NCBI GenBank assembly: GCA_002269645.1
Contig: NIVC01002467.1
Location: 1 to 64,000 of the forward strand
Reading direction: 5' to 3'
From: Macrostomum lignano
Lineage: Eukaryota
DNA length: 64,000 bases
The notes beneath the pieces were generated by a model that saw nothing but the letters and a program-made list of their open reading frames with translations, did not search any database and was not told the origin of the DNA. A program made the position numbers and the translations under genes. This document shows, one piece after another, positions 49,725-63,321 of the stretch (position 1 is its first letter; each line of letters opens with the position of its first letter).

Positions 49725-52700
49725 TTAAGCGGCTAGAATCCGTTTAGCCTCGGGTAGGTACGCCTCCCAGGCCTCCAGTACGCACTGCTGCTGCCGCAGC
49801 TGGTGCTCCAGACTCGCCACGATGGCTGTCTTCAGCTCGTAGCCACGCCGGAGATCGTAGCGTTCAAGTTCGCTACGCACCGTGGCAGAGATCTTGTCGA
49901 ATGCCTCTTGGCCGCGTTCCACCTTAAACGAGTTTAAATGAGGGGCCATTGTTGGTTGGGTTGCTGAACAAAGTACATGTGTACCGGCTTTGTAGCGCTT
50001 CTTTCCCCATTCTAATCCCGTTCACTACCTACTCTCTTCACTCTCTACCTGCTTTCTTCACTCTCTACCTGCTCTCTTCACACTACCTACTCTCTTCACT
50101 CTCTACCTGCTCTCTTCACACTACCTACTCTCTTCACTCTCTACCTGCTCTCTTCACACTACCTACTCTCTTCACTCTCTACCTGCTCTCTTCACACTAC
50201 CTACTCTCTTCACTCTCTACCTGCTCTCTTCACACTACCTACTCTCTTCACTCTCTACCTGCTCTCTTCACACTACCTACTCTCTTCACTCTCTACCTGC
50301 TCTCTTCACACTACCTACTCTCTTCACTCTCTACCTGCTCTCTTCACACTACCTACTCTCTTCACTCTCTACCTGCTCTCTTCACACTACCTACTCTCTT
50401 CACTCTCTACCTGCTCTCTTCACACTACCTACTCTCTTCACTCTCTACCTGCTCTCTTCACACTACCTACTCTCTTCACTCTCTACCTGCTCTCTTCACA
50501 CTACCTACTCTCTTCACTCTCTACCTGCTCTCTTCACACTACCTACTCTCTTCACTCTCTACCTGCTCTCTTCACACTACCTACTCTCTTCACTCTCTAC
50601 CTGCTCTCTTCACACTACCTACTCTCTTCACACTACCTGCTCTCTTCACTCTCTACCTGCTCTCTTCACTCTCTACCTGCTCTCTTCACTCTCTACCTGC
50701 TCTCTTCACTCTCTACCTGCTCTCTTCACTCTCTACCTGCTCTCTTCACTCTCTACCTGCTCTCTTCACTCTCTACCTGCTCTCTTCACTCTCTACCTGC
50801 TCTCTTCACTCTCTACCTGCTCTCTTCACTCTCTACCTGCTCTCTTCACTCTCTACCTGCTCTCTTCACTCTCTACCTGCTCTCTTCACTCTCTACCTGC
50901 TCTCTTCACTCTCTACCTGCTCTCTTCACTCTCTACCTGCTCTCTTCACTCTCTACCTGCTCTCTTCACTCTCTACCTGCTCTCTTCACTCTCTACCTGC
51001 TCTCTTCACTCTCTACCTGCTCTCTTCACTCTCTACCTGCTCTCTTCACTCTCTACCTGCCCTCTTCACTCTCTACCTGCTCTCTTCACTCTCTACCTGC
51101 TCTCTTCACACTACCTACTCTCTTCACTCTCTACCTGCTCTCTTCACACTCTACCTGCTCTCTTCACTCTACCTAATCCTCAACACTACCTACTTCCGTC
51201 ACAATCAATCTACCTACTCTCTCAACATCCTACCTTCTACCTTCAAAAATCTACAACTAAAACTAGTCGTTACCACTGCTCTAAAATGTGTTACTAGGTC
51301 CCAAAAACACACCTGGCCTTCCAATTCTCTAGCAGCAGCCTCGCAAGCGGCCGCTTTGTCAGCCTTGCCGCCAAGTTCATTCCGCACTTTCTCTTCGCGT
51401 TTCTTAGTCAACGCAATTTCGGCATCTTTCCAAGTTTTATAGACTCGAACTCGTTCGTACAGGCTGGCTCGAACAGACTCAAGCATGGCCAAATGGTCGT
51501 GTAGCAATTCGGCTAATCCGTAATAGTCCGAATCTGCCTGTTCAATCTGCAGCCTGCCAACTCGCTCCTCAGTCTCCGCCAGTTTAGTGAACGCAAACGA
51601 CAGATTAGTGTTCTCTTCAACGCTAGAAATCATATTAGCGGAGCCGGCAAACTGCTCCGCCATGAAGCCGTACTCCCGCCGGTGGTTGACTAGAGCCTCA
51701 ATGCTGCTGTGCAACCGGTGCAGATGCTCTTCTAGCTGGTGCACCTCTTGGTTCTTGTCTTCGAACCACTGGTTGGGGGGAGGGCCGGTTGGAGTGGGTT
51801 AGCTAGGGAATTTTACAAGTCTAACTAGAAAGCAGTACTGATTCTTTGAAATTGAAGGGACATTCGATTTTTTGAAAAGAGAATGTGGGTGATTTTTAAT
51901 GATTTCTTAGAAAATATTGCGGACGATTCTTTCTTAGAAAGTAGACCATCAATACTGATTCTTAGAAAGTAGGCCCTCAATAATGATTCTTAGAAAGTAG
52001 GCCCTCAATAATGATTCTTAGAAAGTAGACTATCAATAATGATTCTTAGAAAGTAGACCATCAATAATGATTCTTAGAAAGTAGACTATCAATAATGATT
52101 CTTAGAAAGTAGACTATCAGTAATGATTCTTAGAAAGTAGACTATCAGTAATGATTTTTAGAAAGTAGGCCCTCAATAATGATTCTTAGAAAGTAGGCCC
52201 TTAATAATGATTCTTGGAAAGTAGGCCCTCAATAATGATTCTTAGAAAGTGAACCATTCATATGATTCTTAGAAAGTAGGCCCTTAATAATCATTCTTAG
52301 AAAGTAGGCCCTCAATAATGATTCTTAGAAAGTGAACCATCCATAATGATACTTAGAAAGTAGGCCCTTAAAAATCATTCTTAGAAAGTAGACCATCAAT
52401 AATGATTCTTAGAAAGTAGGCCCTTAATAATGATTCTTAGAAAGTAGGCCCTCAATAATGATTCTTAGAAAGTGAACCATCCATAATGATTCTTAGAAAG
52501 TAGGCCCTTAATAATCATTCTTAGAAAGTAGGCCCTCAATAATGATTCTTAGAAAGTGAACCATCCATAATGATTCTTAGAAGGTAGGCCCTTAATAATG
52601 ATTCTTAGAAAGTAGGCCCTCAATAATGATTCTTAGAAAGTGAACCATCCATAATGATTCTTAGAAAGTAGGCCCTTAATAATCATTCTTAGAAAGTAGA

Positions 52701-54603
52701 CCATCAATAATGATTCTTAGAAAGTGAACCATCAATAATGATTCTTAGAAAGTGAACCATCCATAATGATTCTTAGAAAGTGAACCATCCATAATGATTC
52801 TTAGAAAGTAGGCCCTTAAAATGATTCTTAAAAAGTGAACCATTCATAATGATTCTTAGAAAGTAGGCCCTTAATAATCATTCTTAGAAAGTAGACCATC
52901 AATAATGATTCTTAGAAAGTAGACCATCAATAATGATTCTTAGAAAGTATACTATCAATAGTGATTCTTAGAAAGTAGACTATCAATAATTATTCTTAGA
53001 AAGTGGACCATCCATAATGATTCTTAGAAAGTGAATCATCAATGATGACTCTTGGAAAGAACAGACAATCCCCAGATGCTCAGAAAGAAGAAAATGAGCA
53101 GTTCACCAAGACCAAATACTATTGGTTTATCTCTAAATTAGTTAACAACCCCATCGAGGCGCACCTGGTCAGTCTCGTCCATCTTGTAGGTCATCCGTTG
53201 CACCGAGCTGCCAATGGACGAGAACACCCGCATGACGCCGGCTCCGCTCAGCGCCCGGGTGCCGCTGGACTTGGGCAGGTCGCCGTCGTGCTCAAGAAAT
53301 TCGCGGAAATCCGGGTCCATCCGCAACACCGGGTGGTCGGAGCAGCGGACCAGGAAGCGCTCTAGCTGGGCCCGGCGGCGCTCAACAAAATGGTCCTCTT
53401 CTACGCTGTCCTTGGACATCTTGACCTTCGTGGCGCCGACTACGGACTTCTCCGGCTTGGGCGGAATTACAAAACCGTCCCTGGGATCAGCCATGATTGA
53501 GGGAGACGGCTTTGGTTAAGGCTGGCCCAGCAACTGAGGATCTGGGAGGCTGGCCCAGCAACTGAGGATCTTGGAGGCTGGCCCAGCAACTGAGGATCTG
53601 GGAGGCTGGCCCAGCAACTGAGGATCTGGGAGGCTGGCCCAGCAACTGAGGATCTGGGAGGCTGGCCCAGCAACTGAGGATCTTGGAGGCTGGCCCAGCA
53701 ACTGAGGATCTGGGAGGCTGGCCCAGCAACTGAGGATCTGGGAGGCTGGCCCAGCAACTGAGGATCTGGGAGGCTGGCCCAGCAACTGAGGATCTGGGAG
53801 GCTGGCCCAGCAACTGAGGATCTGGGAGGCTGGCCCAGCAACTGAGGATCTGGGAGGCTGGCCCAGCAACTGAGGATCTGGAAGGCTGGCCCAGAAACTG
53901 AGGATCTGGGAGGCTGGCCCAGCAACTGAGGATCTGGGAGGCTGGCCCAGAAACTGAGGATCTGGGAGGCTGGCCCAGAAACTGAGGATCTGGGAGGCTG
54001 GCCCAGCAACCGAGGATCTGGGAGGCTGGTGGCCCAGCAACTGAGGATCTGGGAGGCTGACCCAGCAACTAAGGATCTGAGAGGCTGGCCCAGCAACTGA
54101 GGATCTGGGAGGCTGGCCTAGGACAAAAGAGAAATTTACCTCAAATACTTCTCGTGCAGTTTCTCATACAAACCGAGAAAGTCGGAGAACCTCCGCCGTA
54201 CGCTGCCCTCGGGCCGGCTGAAAGCCGGTATAGTGGTGGAGAACGACACCTTGTAGGCCACGTAGGCTCCCATTCCGTCGCCAATTTTCTCCGGTTTAGT
54301 GACTCGAACAGTGAGCAGATATTCGAAAGCTAGCGAGGCCGGCAGTTCGAGTTTGCTAGGGCCACCGGAGCTGGAATTTGAAGCTGGTGGATCGGCAGGC
54401 GCCGTGGCGGCAGCGGGAGGTGCCGAGGCGGCGGCGGGAGGTGCCGAAGGCTCCAACTTTTCAGCGGCCGGGGCCGGGGCGGCGGTGGCAGCTGGGGTTG
54501 AGACGCCAGCTCCACTGCTGTTCAAATCGACATCTTCAACATCAACAGTTTCATTGGTCTCAGCAAAGATGTCGTCCTCGGAGTTGTCGCTAGATTTTTC
54601 CAT
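49725..54603 (-). CDS. SNX1/2: Sorting nexin 1/2 (PX-BAR, Vps5 family); exons 54603-54140, 53480-53165, 51768-51313, 49922-49725; 477 aa
   Basis: PX motifs [42 protein letters not shown] and [13 protein letters not shown]...HPVL; BAR region KMDETDQWFEDK; C-terminus [11 protein letters not shown]. All three introns are GT-AG with matching phases (2, 0, 0). Spliced length is 1434 nt with no stops. Confidence 0.96.
50020..51175. repeat. SNX intron 3 satellite: 38-bp (18+20) dimer array changing to a pure 20-bp array (CTCTCTTCACTCTCTACCTG)
   Basis: 38-bp period over ~50080-50630; 20-bp period over ~50640-51100. Confidence 0.95.
51925..53045. repeat. SNX intron 2 minisatellite, 28 bp (GATTCTTAGAAAGTAGGCCCTCAATAAT)
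   Basis: About 40 copies. Confidence 0.95.
53518..54120. repeat. SNX intron 1 minisatellite, 28 bp (GGCTGGCCCAGCAACTGAGGATCTGGGA)
   Basis: About 21 copies filling almost the whole intron. Confidence 0.95.
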
Positions 54604-54779
54604 TGCTATGCTTAATATATATAATAGCAAAATAGATTAATTCTGCCTTCTACCATGCAGTAAAGTTGAAACATGTCACTTTTTATTACTCGTAGGTTCA
54701 AAACCCAAAAAAGCGCGATGATTTAAACTTGCTTTCAACAGTAAAGAGTACTTTAATGAAGTTGTGCTGTAGCCACAAG

Positions 54780-55550
54780 TATGTCTATGGGAAGCTACAG
54801 ATGTCTATGGTAAGCCACAGATGTCTATGGGGAGCTAAATATATCCATGGGGATCTATAGATGTCTATGGAAAGCTATAAATGTCTATAGGGAGCTAAAG
54901 ATATCTACGGGAAGCTATAGATGTCTATAGTGAGCTAAATATATCTATGGGGAGCTATAGATGTCTATGGAAAGCTATAAATGTCTATAGGGAGCTAAAG
55001 ATATCTACGGGAAGCTATAGATGTCTATAGTGAGCTAAATATATCTATGGGGAGCTATAGATGTCTATGGAAAGCTATAGATGTCTATAGGGAGCTAAAG
55101 ATATCTATGGGAAGCTATACATGTCTATAGGGAGCTAAAGATATCTATGGGAAGCTATACATGTCTATAGGGAGCTAAAGATATCTATGGGAAGCTATAG
55201 ATGTCTATGGAAAGCTATAGATGTCTATAGGGAGCTACAGATATCTATGGGAAGCTATAGATGTCTATGGAAAGCTATAGATGTCTATAGGGAGCTACAG
55301 ATATCTATGGAAAGCTATAGATGTCTATGGGGAGCTACAGCTGTCTATGGGAAGCTATAGATGTTTATAGGGAGCTAAAGATATCTATGGGGAGCTATAG
55401 ATATCTATGGGAAGCTATAGATACCCATGGGGAGCTACAGATGTCTATGGAAAGCTATAGATGTCTATGGGAAGCTATAGATATCTATGAAAAGCTACAG
55501 ATGTCTATGGGAAACTAAAGATATCTATGGGGAGCTAAAGATGGCTATAT
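54780..55550. repeat. 20-bp minisatellite (GATGTCTATGGGAAGCTATA) upstream of SNX
   Basis: About 38 degenerate copies. Confidence 0.95.
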
Positions 55551-56697
55551 GGAAGTTCCAAATATGTTTATAGAAAGTTATTCAAGTTCAAGTTATAAAT
55601 ATGCCAGGTTTATTCGCAAAAAAATACACTACACATGAAGATAGTTTTAAGAACTTATGTTTATATTTAACATATCTAAAGAGAATGATATAATAGTAAT
55701 GGGAGAAAACAATAGTGCAGCAACCAATAGAGGTTTAAAAGATGATTTTGAGCTAATCCATATAATCTAAGAACCCTATTGGTCTATAAGCATTTGATTC
55801 TAAAATATTTATTGGTAGATACGATAGATTGACTGGCATTAACTGCTTTAAAAATGGAAAAACTTGATTTCTTAGAGAAAGAGCTTGGAGACATTAAACT
55901 TGTTATTCTCTTTCTAACCACAGCAACTGTATTTTTACAACTCAAAGATAAACAGTTTAGGCTATTGGCATTTAATGAAATAAGGTTGTGCTGCATATAA
56001 TCAGTCTTACATTTTTAGATTATTCTATGATTTAGACAATGCTATAAAATTGTATAGCAATGATAATGTCTATTATAATAAATGAAGAAACTATAAATTA
56101 ATATAATAGTAGCTATAAGCTATGTAGCTATAGGAAAATTTTTATATCAAATATTTTACCATTATTATTAAAATTAAAAAATATATATTTAAATAATGTT
56201 TAATATTTAATAATGTTATAATATAATGTTTTAATAATAATGTTTTAATATTTAAATAATGTTAGGTAATAGAGTTTATTACCTAATTTAGATAATATTT
56301 GCTTTACAAATTACAAGGCCTATAAAAATAACCATTTTACTATTTATATGGTTAGTAGTAGTAGTAGTCATAGTAGTAGTAATAGTAGTAAGTTTGGCTC
56401 AGGCAAAAAGCCTGTTTAGCTAATATAGTTTGATGTAATTTAATAATAATTCAAGAGGAGGCTATTATTATAAGGACAAGTTTTGTATAAAAAATATTAA
56501 AATAATATTTGAAAGAGCAACTAAACAATTATCTATGAAAATTTGAACAAAAATTAATAGCTAAGGCCTAATGAAAGAAAACAAATGAAATTAATAGAGA
56601 GAAATTCTTCCAAAATGTAATTAAAAAGTAAAAACTAAAAACTAAAAAGCTTGGTTTTGATTTACATTTAATCAATGGAGCAATGGAATAAATAAAC

Positions 56698-58148
56698 TAA
56701 GGATGTCAAAACTGGGGAGTGTTCCCCGGGGCCCCAGAGATAAAAAAATAAAAAATGCATTTGTAACTTAATTTTTGCCATTTAAATAAGAATGATTCAT
56801 AGAAAGCTGATTGAAACCCTGATTGCAGCACATGGGCATTTTGGCGGACGGCATCCGGCGCGGATCAGCCTACGCGGCGCAGCATTGGTGGTGGACCAGG
56901 GGTAAGTCGCAAAAATGCCACCCCATAGAATACGGGCATAGTACTAATTAGATGCCGAGGCATTTAGGCTTGATAAGACAGTCATAGTCATAGTCAATTT
57001 GAAACTCTGTCTATGCTCTTTTACTGCATAATTGCTGCTATCCAGTAATCCAGTTGCTATAAAATGCCCTTAGCTACTCTTAGTTACTCTCACAAGCATA
57101 GCTACTCAGCGCACATTTTCTGCCTCTAGACTCTTTCTGACAAAGGTGAGGCCACAATTAGATGATGCCACATTGTCTAAACTGCGACAATTTTTCAAAA
57201 ATTGGTAGAAGCTGCAATAGTGGCATAGTAGCTGCATAGCAGATATAGTAACAATAGCTATCTAGTAGTAGATAGCAACAGATATCAATAGACAGTATCA
57301 TATGGCAGCAGACTGCAGCAAAAAGCAGAAGGTAGCAGGCAGCGGACAGAGAAAAAAATAGCACACAACTATCAACTACATTGAAGTAAGAATCAATAGA
57401 TAGCACCAGGAAGCAAGTAGTAGCTGACAGCAACAGATAGCATCTGGGTTTATTTTTTGTATGTAAAGTGTGCATATGCACCTTAAATTTAAGAATTGCA
57501 TCCTAAAATTGAAACGTAAGTGCAGTTTAGGTGCAGTCTTATAATCTTTTTTTTTATTAAAACCTCATTCGCACTGCCTTAAAATAGGAAAAAAGAGAAA
57601 TTGCACTTTGAGCCTTAAAATTGCACCATGAAAGTGAGCATATGGTGCGATTTTGTACCTTGTCTCTAGCAAAAAAGAAAACCCTAGATAGCATTAGGCT
57701 GTGTGGTAGACAGTATATTAGACTGTAACACACATCACAAATCTGTTGTAGCAGACATTTTTTGCTGATTGCTTGCTTTTTATTGCTACTTGCTGCTGCT
57801 AACCAGTTGTTATACAATGCCCTAGGCCTTATTATTGGTTCCTCCCACGAGCATAGCTACTGAACATGATTTTTTTGCTCTAGACCAGAGTTTGGACTCT
57901 TTTTGACAAAGGTGTATACACAATTTGGTGATGCCACGTTGTTAAATACAATTTTAAATAAGCATTGTTTAAAATTTTTACTCTTGCACCCTAAACATAT
58001 AGTCTAAAATTTAAATCAAAGTTAAAAAATGCCACTTGATTTCAAGTTATCCACTGTTGTTTACTTTTTTCCCCGGGGTCTCTGGGGAATGACAGTAAAT
58101 TTCCTGGGGTCCCCAATAAGAAAATTCCCCAGGGAATTGACATCCTTA
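56698..58148. mobile_element. Non-autonomous hAT-like DNA transposon (~1.45 kb)
   Basis: 12-bp TIR TAAGGATGTCAA / TTGACATCCTTA; 8-bp TSD AAATAAAC / ATATAAAC (7/8 match); subterminal CCCCGGGG motifs at both ends; no transposase ORF. Confidence 0.75.
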
Positions 58149-59539
58149 ATATAAACCTAGAATTTTATAACCTAGGCCTACTTTAACTGAAGTTCAATTT
58201 AAGATTTAGGCATTTGATAGGCCTATGCTTACAAAAATTGCTATTTATATTTTATTACTCTATAAAAAATAAGTTAGGTTCTCTTTCAAATGATTTATTT
58301 TTCCCAAAACTGTCTCTTGACTTAATAGCTAGGCCTAGGCCTATTCTCTAAAAATTGCATTAAGACACTAAAATCCTTATAGGCCTACTTGACAAAATTA
58401 ATCCTTGTATTTATTAACTGGCCTGGCTTTATTAAAACAATGTAGACAGGCAAATAAATATATTTATATTCATTAAATAATCTTTATTATGTAATCATGA
58501 TCATGCAATGAAAGTGGGCCTAGTAATAGTGGGCCTAGTAAAAGGCATTTATAATTAAAGAAATATAGTTTATGGTGTAGTGTAAAAACGATCGTTATAG
58601 CTTAAATAAAGATTGCACCAACGAATTTTACATGTGGCTGACAAAAAGATGGCAGGCAAAACGTAGCAGACAATTCCCCGTCAACTATTTAAATTAGGCT
58701 ACCCGTTGCCGTAGACGTTGGCGTTGGCCGTTTACCCCTGAGCTCTGACTTAGGTAGGCAGACCCCTAGTTATCAAATTTTACATTCGTTTATTTAAACA
58801 ATTACTTGTTATAAAGTAGAGCGTAGTAGTACTACTAGCACTAAGGTTCAGGCAGAACTTTCAAAAGAAATCTTTATTATAAGCAGAAAGGTTCAAACTT
58901 TCTTACTTCCCTTTTATTTCAACTGCAACAAATCTACAACCTACACATTTTTCTGAAATCAGTTTTTTAAAATTGAGTTAGAATTTTATAAGAACGTCTT
59001 TTGCAGCGTAAAACAAAACAATTACCTTAGGATACTATTACAGTATTCAGTATGAAACAAAAAATATTCATTTCTGAAATTCTGCTGTATTAAAATTTAA
59101 TTTTTTTCTTAGTCTAATGAATCCAAAATCCAAGTTCATTTTTGCAGATACCGTTTGCTTCACGTTTGCGCAGCCAATGCTACAAAAAAGCAGAATTCAC
59201 GAATTATCGGTAGAATAAAAAGTTTTATTTTATACGCATTTTAAATGTACGTGTATGTTCAACGATCTATGTGTTTAAAAATCACATATATTTTTATGCA
59301 TGTTTATAGATTCGTTTTAAAAACTGAGTAGTACGATTTCTACAAGTAAAATTGCGCATGTAACAAGGCTGCTGCATCAACAAACTAAACAATTTTCAAT
59401 GCAGTCACATTGAATTAATTTTAAAATACATATTTTAAGAATAAAATAAAGGAAATATTTTTCATGTTACTCGTATGCATGTTTTCCGGCGGGTATTATT
59501 GCTCATATGCATATGCAAATTGTATTACATATAGCAGTG

Positions 59540-60103
59540 CAGGGGCGTAGCCAGAGGGGGGGCAAGGGGGGCCGTGGCCCCCCCCAATCACCAACTCTGG
59601 CCTTGGCGCCCCCCCCCTAAAAGAAACTGGCGCCCCCCCCCTATAAGAAACTGGCGCCCCCCCCCCCCTATAAGAAACTGGCGCCCCCCCTATAAGAAAC
59701 TGGCGCCCCCCCTAAAAGAAACTGGCACCCCCCCCTAAAAGAAACTGGCGCCTCCCCCCTAAAAGAAACTGGCGCCCCCCCCCTAAAAGAAACTGGCGCC
59801 CCCCTAAAAGAAACTGGCGCCCCCCTAAAAGAAACTGGCGCCCCCCCCCCCTATAAGAAACTGGCGCCCCCCCTAAAAGAAACTGGTGCCCCCGGCCCCT
59901 CCTAAAAGAAACTGGCGCCCCCCCCCCTAAAAGAAACTGGCGCCCCCCTATAAGAAACTGGCGCCCCCCCCCCTAAAAGAAACTGGCGCCCCCCCTAAAA
60001 GAAACTGGCGCCCCCCCTATAAGAAACTGGCGCCCCCCTATAAGAAGCTGGCGCCCCCTAACTCACGGCCCCCCCCCAATCAAAATTTCTGGCTACGCCC
60101 CTG
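59540..60103. mobile_element. hAT-type MITE (564 bp) with internal minisatellite
   Basis: Perfect 16-bp TIR CAGGGGCGTAGCCAGA / TCTGGCTACGCCCCTG; perfect 8-bp TSD TAGCAGTG (59532-59539 and 60104-60111); about 18 internal copies of TA(A/T)AAGAAACTGGCG(C)n. Confidence 0.95.
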
Positions 60104-60479
60104 TAGCAGTGCATACTGTATGTATCTTAAATGATGGTAAATTTCTTCTATACATATACATCCATATTACATGTACATGAACTAGCTAAATGTACCCATA
60201 CTACATGTACTGCAAGTAAATTTTTATACCGAAGCTTTCACTTTTTGCCATGGTTGCTTTTGAAGCATCGCGGGGCTTGTTGGGAAGCTATAGTGCCCTC
60301 AAGCTACATGTGCATACATGTACGCTCGTACGTGCATAATGTAAATGCTCCCAAAAATGAAAAAGTGGATGTACATGTAAAGCACGCGCCAGTATCGCAA
60401 AACTACTGTAACCAAAATCATGTTTGGTTCCCCTGACGATATAGCGCCTCCGATCGGCCTGGAGTCTCTCTAATTGCCT

Positions 60480-61280
60480 GTCGAAGATTCTCCACCTCCA
60501 CGCGGTGCCAAGCGGACGGGTACAACAGCCGACAAATAGAGAATCAGGGGGAGGCCTGGGGACTTGGCTCAAGTGACAAGCTCCTCGGGCAAACTTGGAA
60601 TGCCCAAAGAGCGAACATCGGAGCTGGACGGTTTGGAGAAATGGTTAAGTTTGCACATGCAAGCATTGAGCCACCAGCACATGAGAATCTCCCGCGACCA
60701 GCGAACGGCGCAACAGCAACAAGAACGAACCAGCATGGGGAGGGACTCCTACTATGGCTGGAAAGCAATGGCCTGGTATGGATAAGTTCCATCTATCGGC
60801 AAAAAAGCCCGGAACTTGGAAAAACCCAGCGACAAAGAACTGGCATGAGATCGACGGCTCCGTCATAACGAAGAAAGACCACAGTGCAGGCACAAGATCG
60901 TCAGCAAAATTAGCATACAAAACCTATCCGACCACCTACCGAAAGTTTTGACATTTCTGTGAGCGCCACAGGGCGATACCTAAGGAAAAAACGCAAAAAA
61001 TCGCATGGGAACGCCTCCGCGACCCAATAAATCAAGAAGAGTTTCAGGACTCAAACAGAAGAAGATAAGAAAAAGATAGGAACAGAAAATGTAAACTGGA
61101 GCGCCATGGAAGACTTGATTACAATTACAGAAGCAGAGATGACATGCGGGACGCCAACACGCCAAAGAGCAACTAAGGAGTGCAGAAGAAAGCATTGCCA
61201 ACCAAGCGGGAACGAACGAACGTGACGGGATCAAGACGAACGCGACTGGCCTGTCCAAGCTGTAACGTTGGCGACAAATT
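60480..61280 (+). mobile_element. Degenerate LINE (RTE-like) ORF relic: APE endonuclease domain and linker
   Basis: Successive EN motifs across frameshifts: GDL-AQV (~60563), TNQHGEGLLLWLESNGL, TWKNPATKNWHEID and NLSDHLP (~60922). Confidence 0.8.
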
Positions 61281-61282
61281 AA

Positions 61283-62157
61283 AGACAAGACAAGACAAGA
61301 CAAGACAAGACTAGACAAGACAAGACAAGACAAGATAAGACAAGACTAGACAAGGCAAGACAAGACAAGACAAGACAAGACTAGACAAGACAAGACAAGA
61401 CAAGATAAGACAAGACTAGACAAGACAAGACAAGACAAGACAAGATAAGACAAGACTAGACAAGACAAGACAAGACAAGACTAGACTAGACAAGACAAGA
61501 CAAGACAAGACAAGACAAGACAAGACTAGACAAGACAAGACTAGACAAGACAAGACAAGACAAGACAAGACTAGACAAGACAAGACAAGACAAGACAAGA
61601 CAAGACAAGACAAGACAAGACAAGACAAGACTAGACAAGACAAGACAAGACAAGATAAGACTAGACTAGACAAGACAAGACAAGACAAGACAAGACAAGA
61701 CAAGATAAGATAAGACAGGACAAGACAAGACAAGACTAGACAAGACAAGACAAGACAAGACAAGACAAGACAAGACAAGACAAGACTAGACAAGACTAGA
61801 CAAGACAAGACAAGACAAGACAAGACAAGACAAGACAAGACAAGACAAGACAAGACAAGACAAGATAAGACTAGACTAGACAAGACAAGACAAGACAAGA
61901 CAAGACAAGACAAGATAAGATAAGACAGGACAAGACAATTAGACAAGACAAGACAAGACAAGACAAGACTAGACAAGACAAGACAAGACAAGATAAGACA
62001 AGACAAGACAAGACAAGACAAGACAAGACTAGACTAGACAAGACAAGACAAGACAAGACAAGACAAGACAAGACAAGACAAGACAAGACAAGACAAGACA
62101 AGACAAGACAAGACAAGACAAGACAAGACAAGACAAGACAAGACAAGACAAGATAAG
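61283..62157. repeat. Pentanucleotide microsatellite (GACAA)n, ~870 bp
   Basis: About 175 units with GACTA and GATAA variants. Confidence 0.98.
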
Positions 62158-63321
62158 GAGTCTCTCCTTCCCGACGAATTCAAATGTAAAAAATCTGGGT
62201 TGGCAAATTTTATGAAAATATTGCAATAAAAAACAGAGATGCATTTAAAAGTGCATGGTTATAAAATTATAAAAAAATTGCTTTTGCCTGATACATGTAA
62301 TACGCACAAAAATAGCTACATGTGTAGGCGCATGCATGGGCTAATTTCTGCAACAAACATATATATATATACGAGTACATTACTTGTGTAGTAGGGGGTT
62401 TAGTTTCAAGCAGTTTTGCTAAGGCGTTTGCCATTCGTCGGGATGAATTATTTTAGTAGCATGAATTCGAGAATAAGCAGTTTTGCTTTTACGCTACTAT
62501 TAGTAGTTCACCTTCGGGAAAATATCTGAAGCTATGGGAATTCGAGTCTTAGCGGGTTTCTCTATTAGTAAAAGGCTGTTTGGCCTCGGGAAAAGCATCC
62601 TGTTCAGGACCGTCCATTGGACAACATTTGTAAGAGATCTAAGTCTCAAATAAGCCAGACTAAGGGAGTCTCCCCTTTATAAAATAAAAGAATATATATA
62701 AGAAAGTATAAAAGGTAAGATCGGGGTAAAATAGGGAGGCTAAGAGGAGTCTACCGCTTAGTCAAAACGGAGTCTACCGAGAATAGGAATTAGTACAGTC
62801 AGTTAGATAGAAGTAAGGGAAAGGAACCAGGAGTCTACCGGTTCTAATAACATAGTAATAATAGTGCTTAAATCTTTGCATATTTGGTTCAATAATATCA
62901 TTTTCTTTTGTTTGTTTATTCCAATAATCTTCCATGAAGTCGACTCTTGTCTCACTTATTTTAATCTAAAACTATTATTATAAGGGACATTAGTCTGGTG
63001 GCAGCAACCTACCAAATTAGAGTACATAATAACAGAAGTAATAATAGAAAACCAGAATAAACCAGTAGCCTAAACCGCAGGTACCACGCGTGTCCACTTG
63101 TGAGAGCTGGAAATGATGCCATAGATATACAAAATTACATGTAAGTGTAAAAGTTGAAAGCTTTACAAATTATTCGCATGTTAATCTAGCAGTTGATATT
63201 ATATTCTACATCTATTTCATATGCAAGATTTAGCTGCAGCAATCTAAAAACTGCACAATCTATCGTAGTAGCTCGGACAAAAATTAGCTACCAGCAGGAC
63301 ACTGCACAGCTTGCAGCAGTT

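Noticed and set aside
49949-51442. 497-aa plus-strand ORF
   Set aside because: Antisense to SNX intron 3 and made of its satellite.
54604-54630. Upstream non-ATG start of the SNX ORF in the track
   Set aside because: AT-rich, non-coding-like sequence; the first ATG at 54603 is preferred.
61416-62244. CLVLS-repeat ORFs
   Set aside because: Translation of the (GACAA)n microsatellite.
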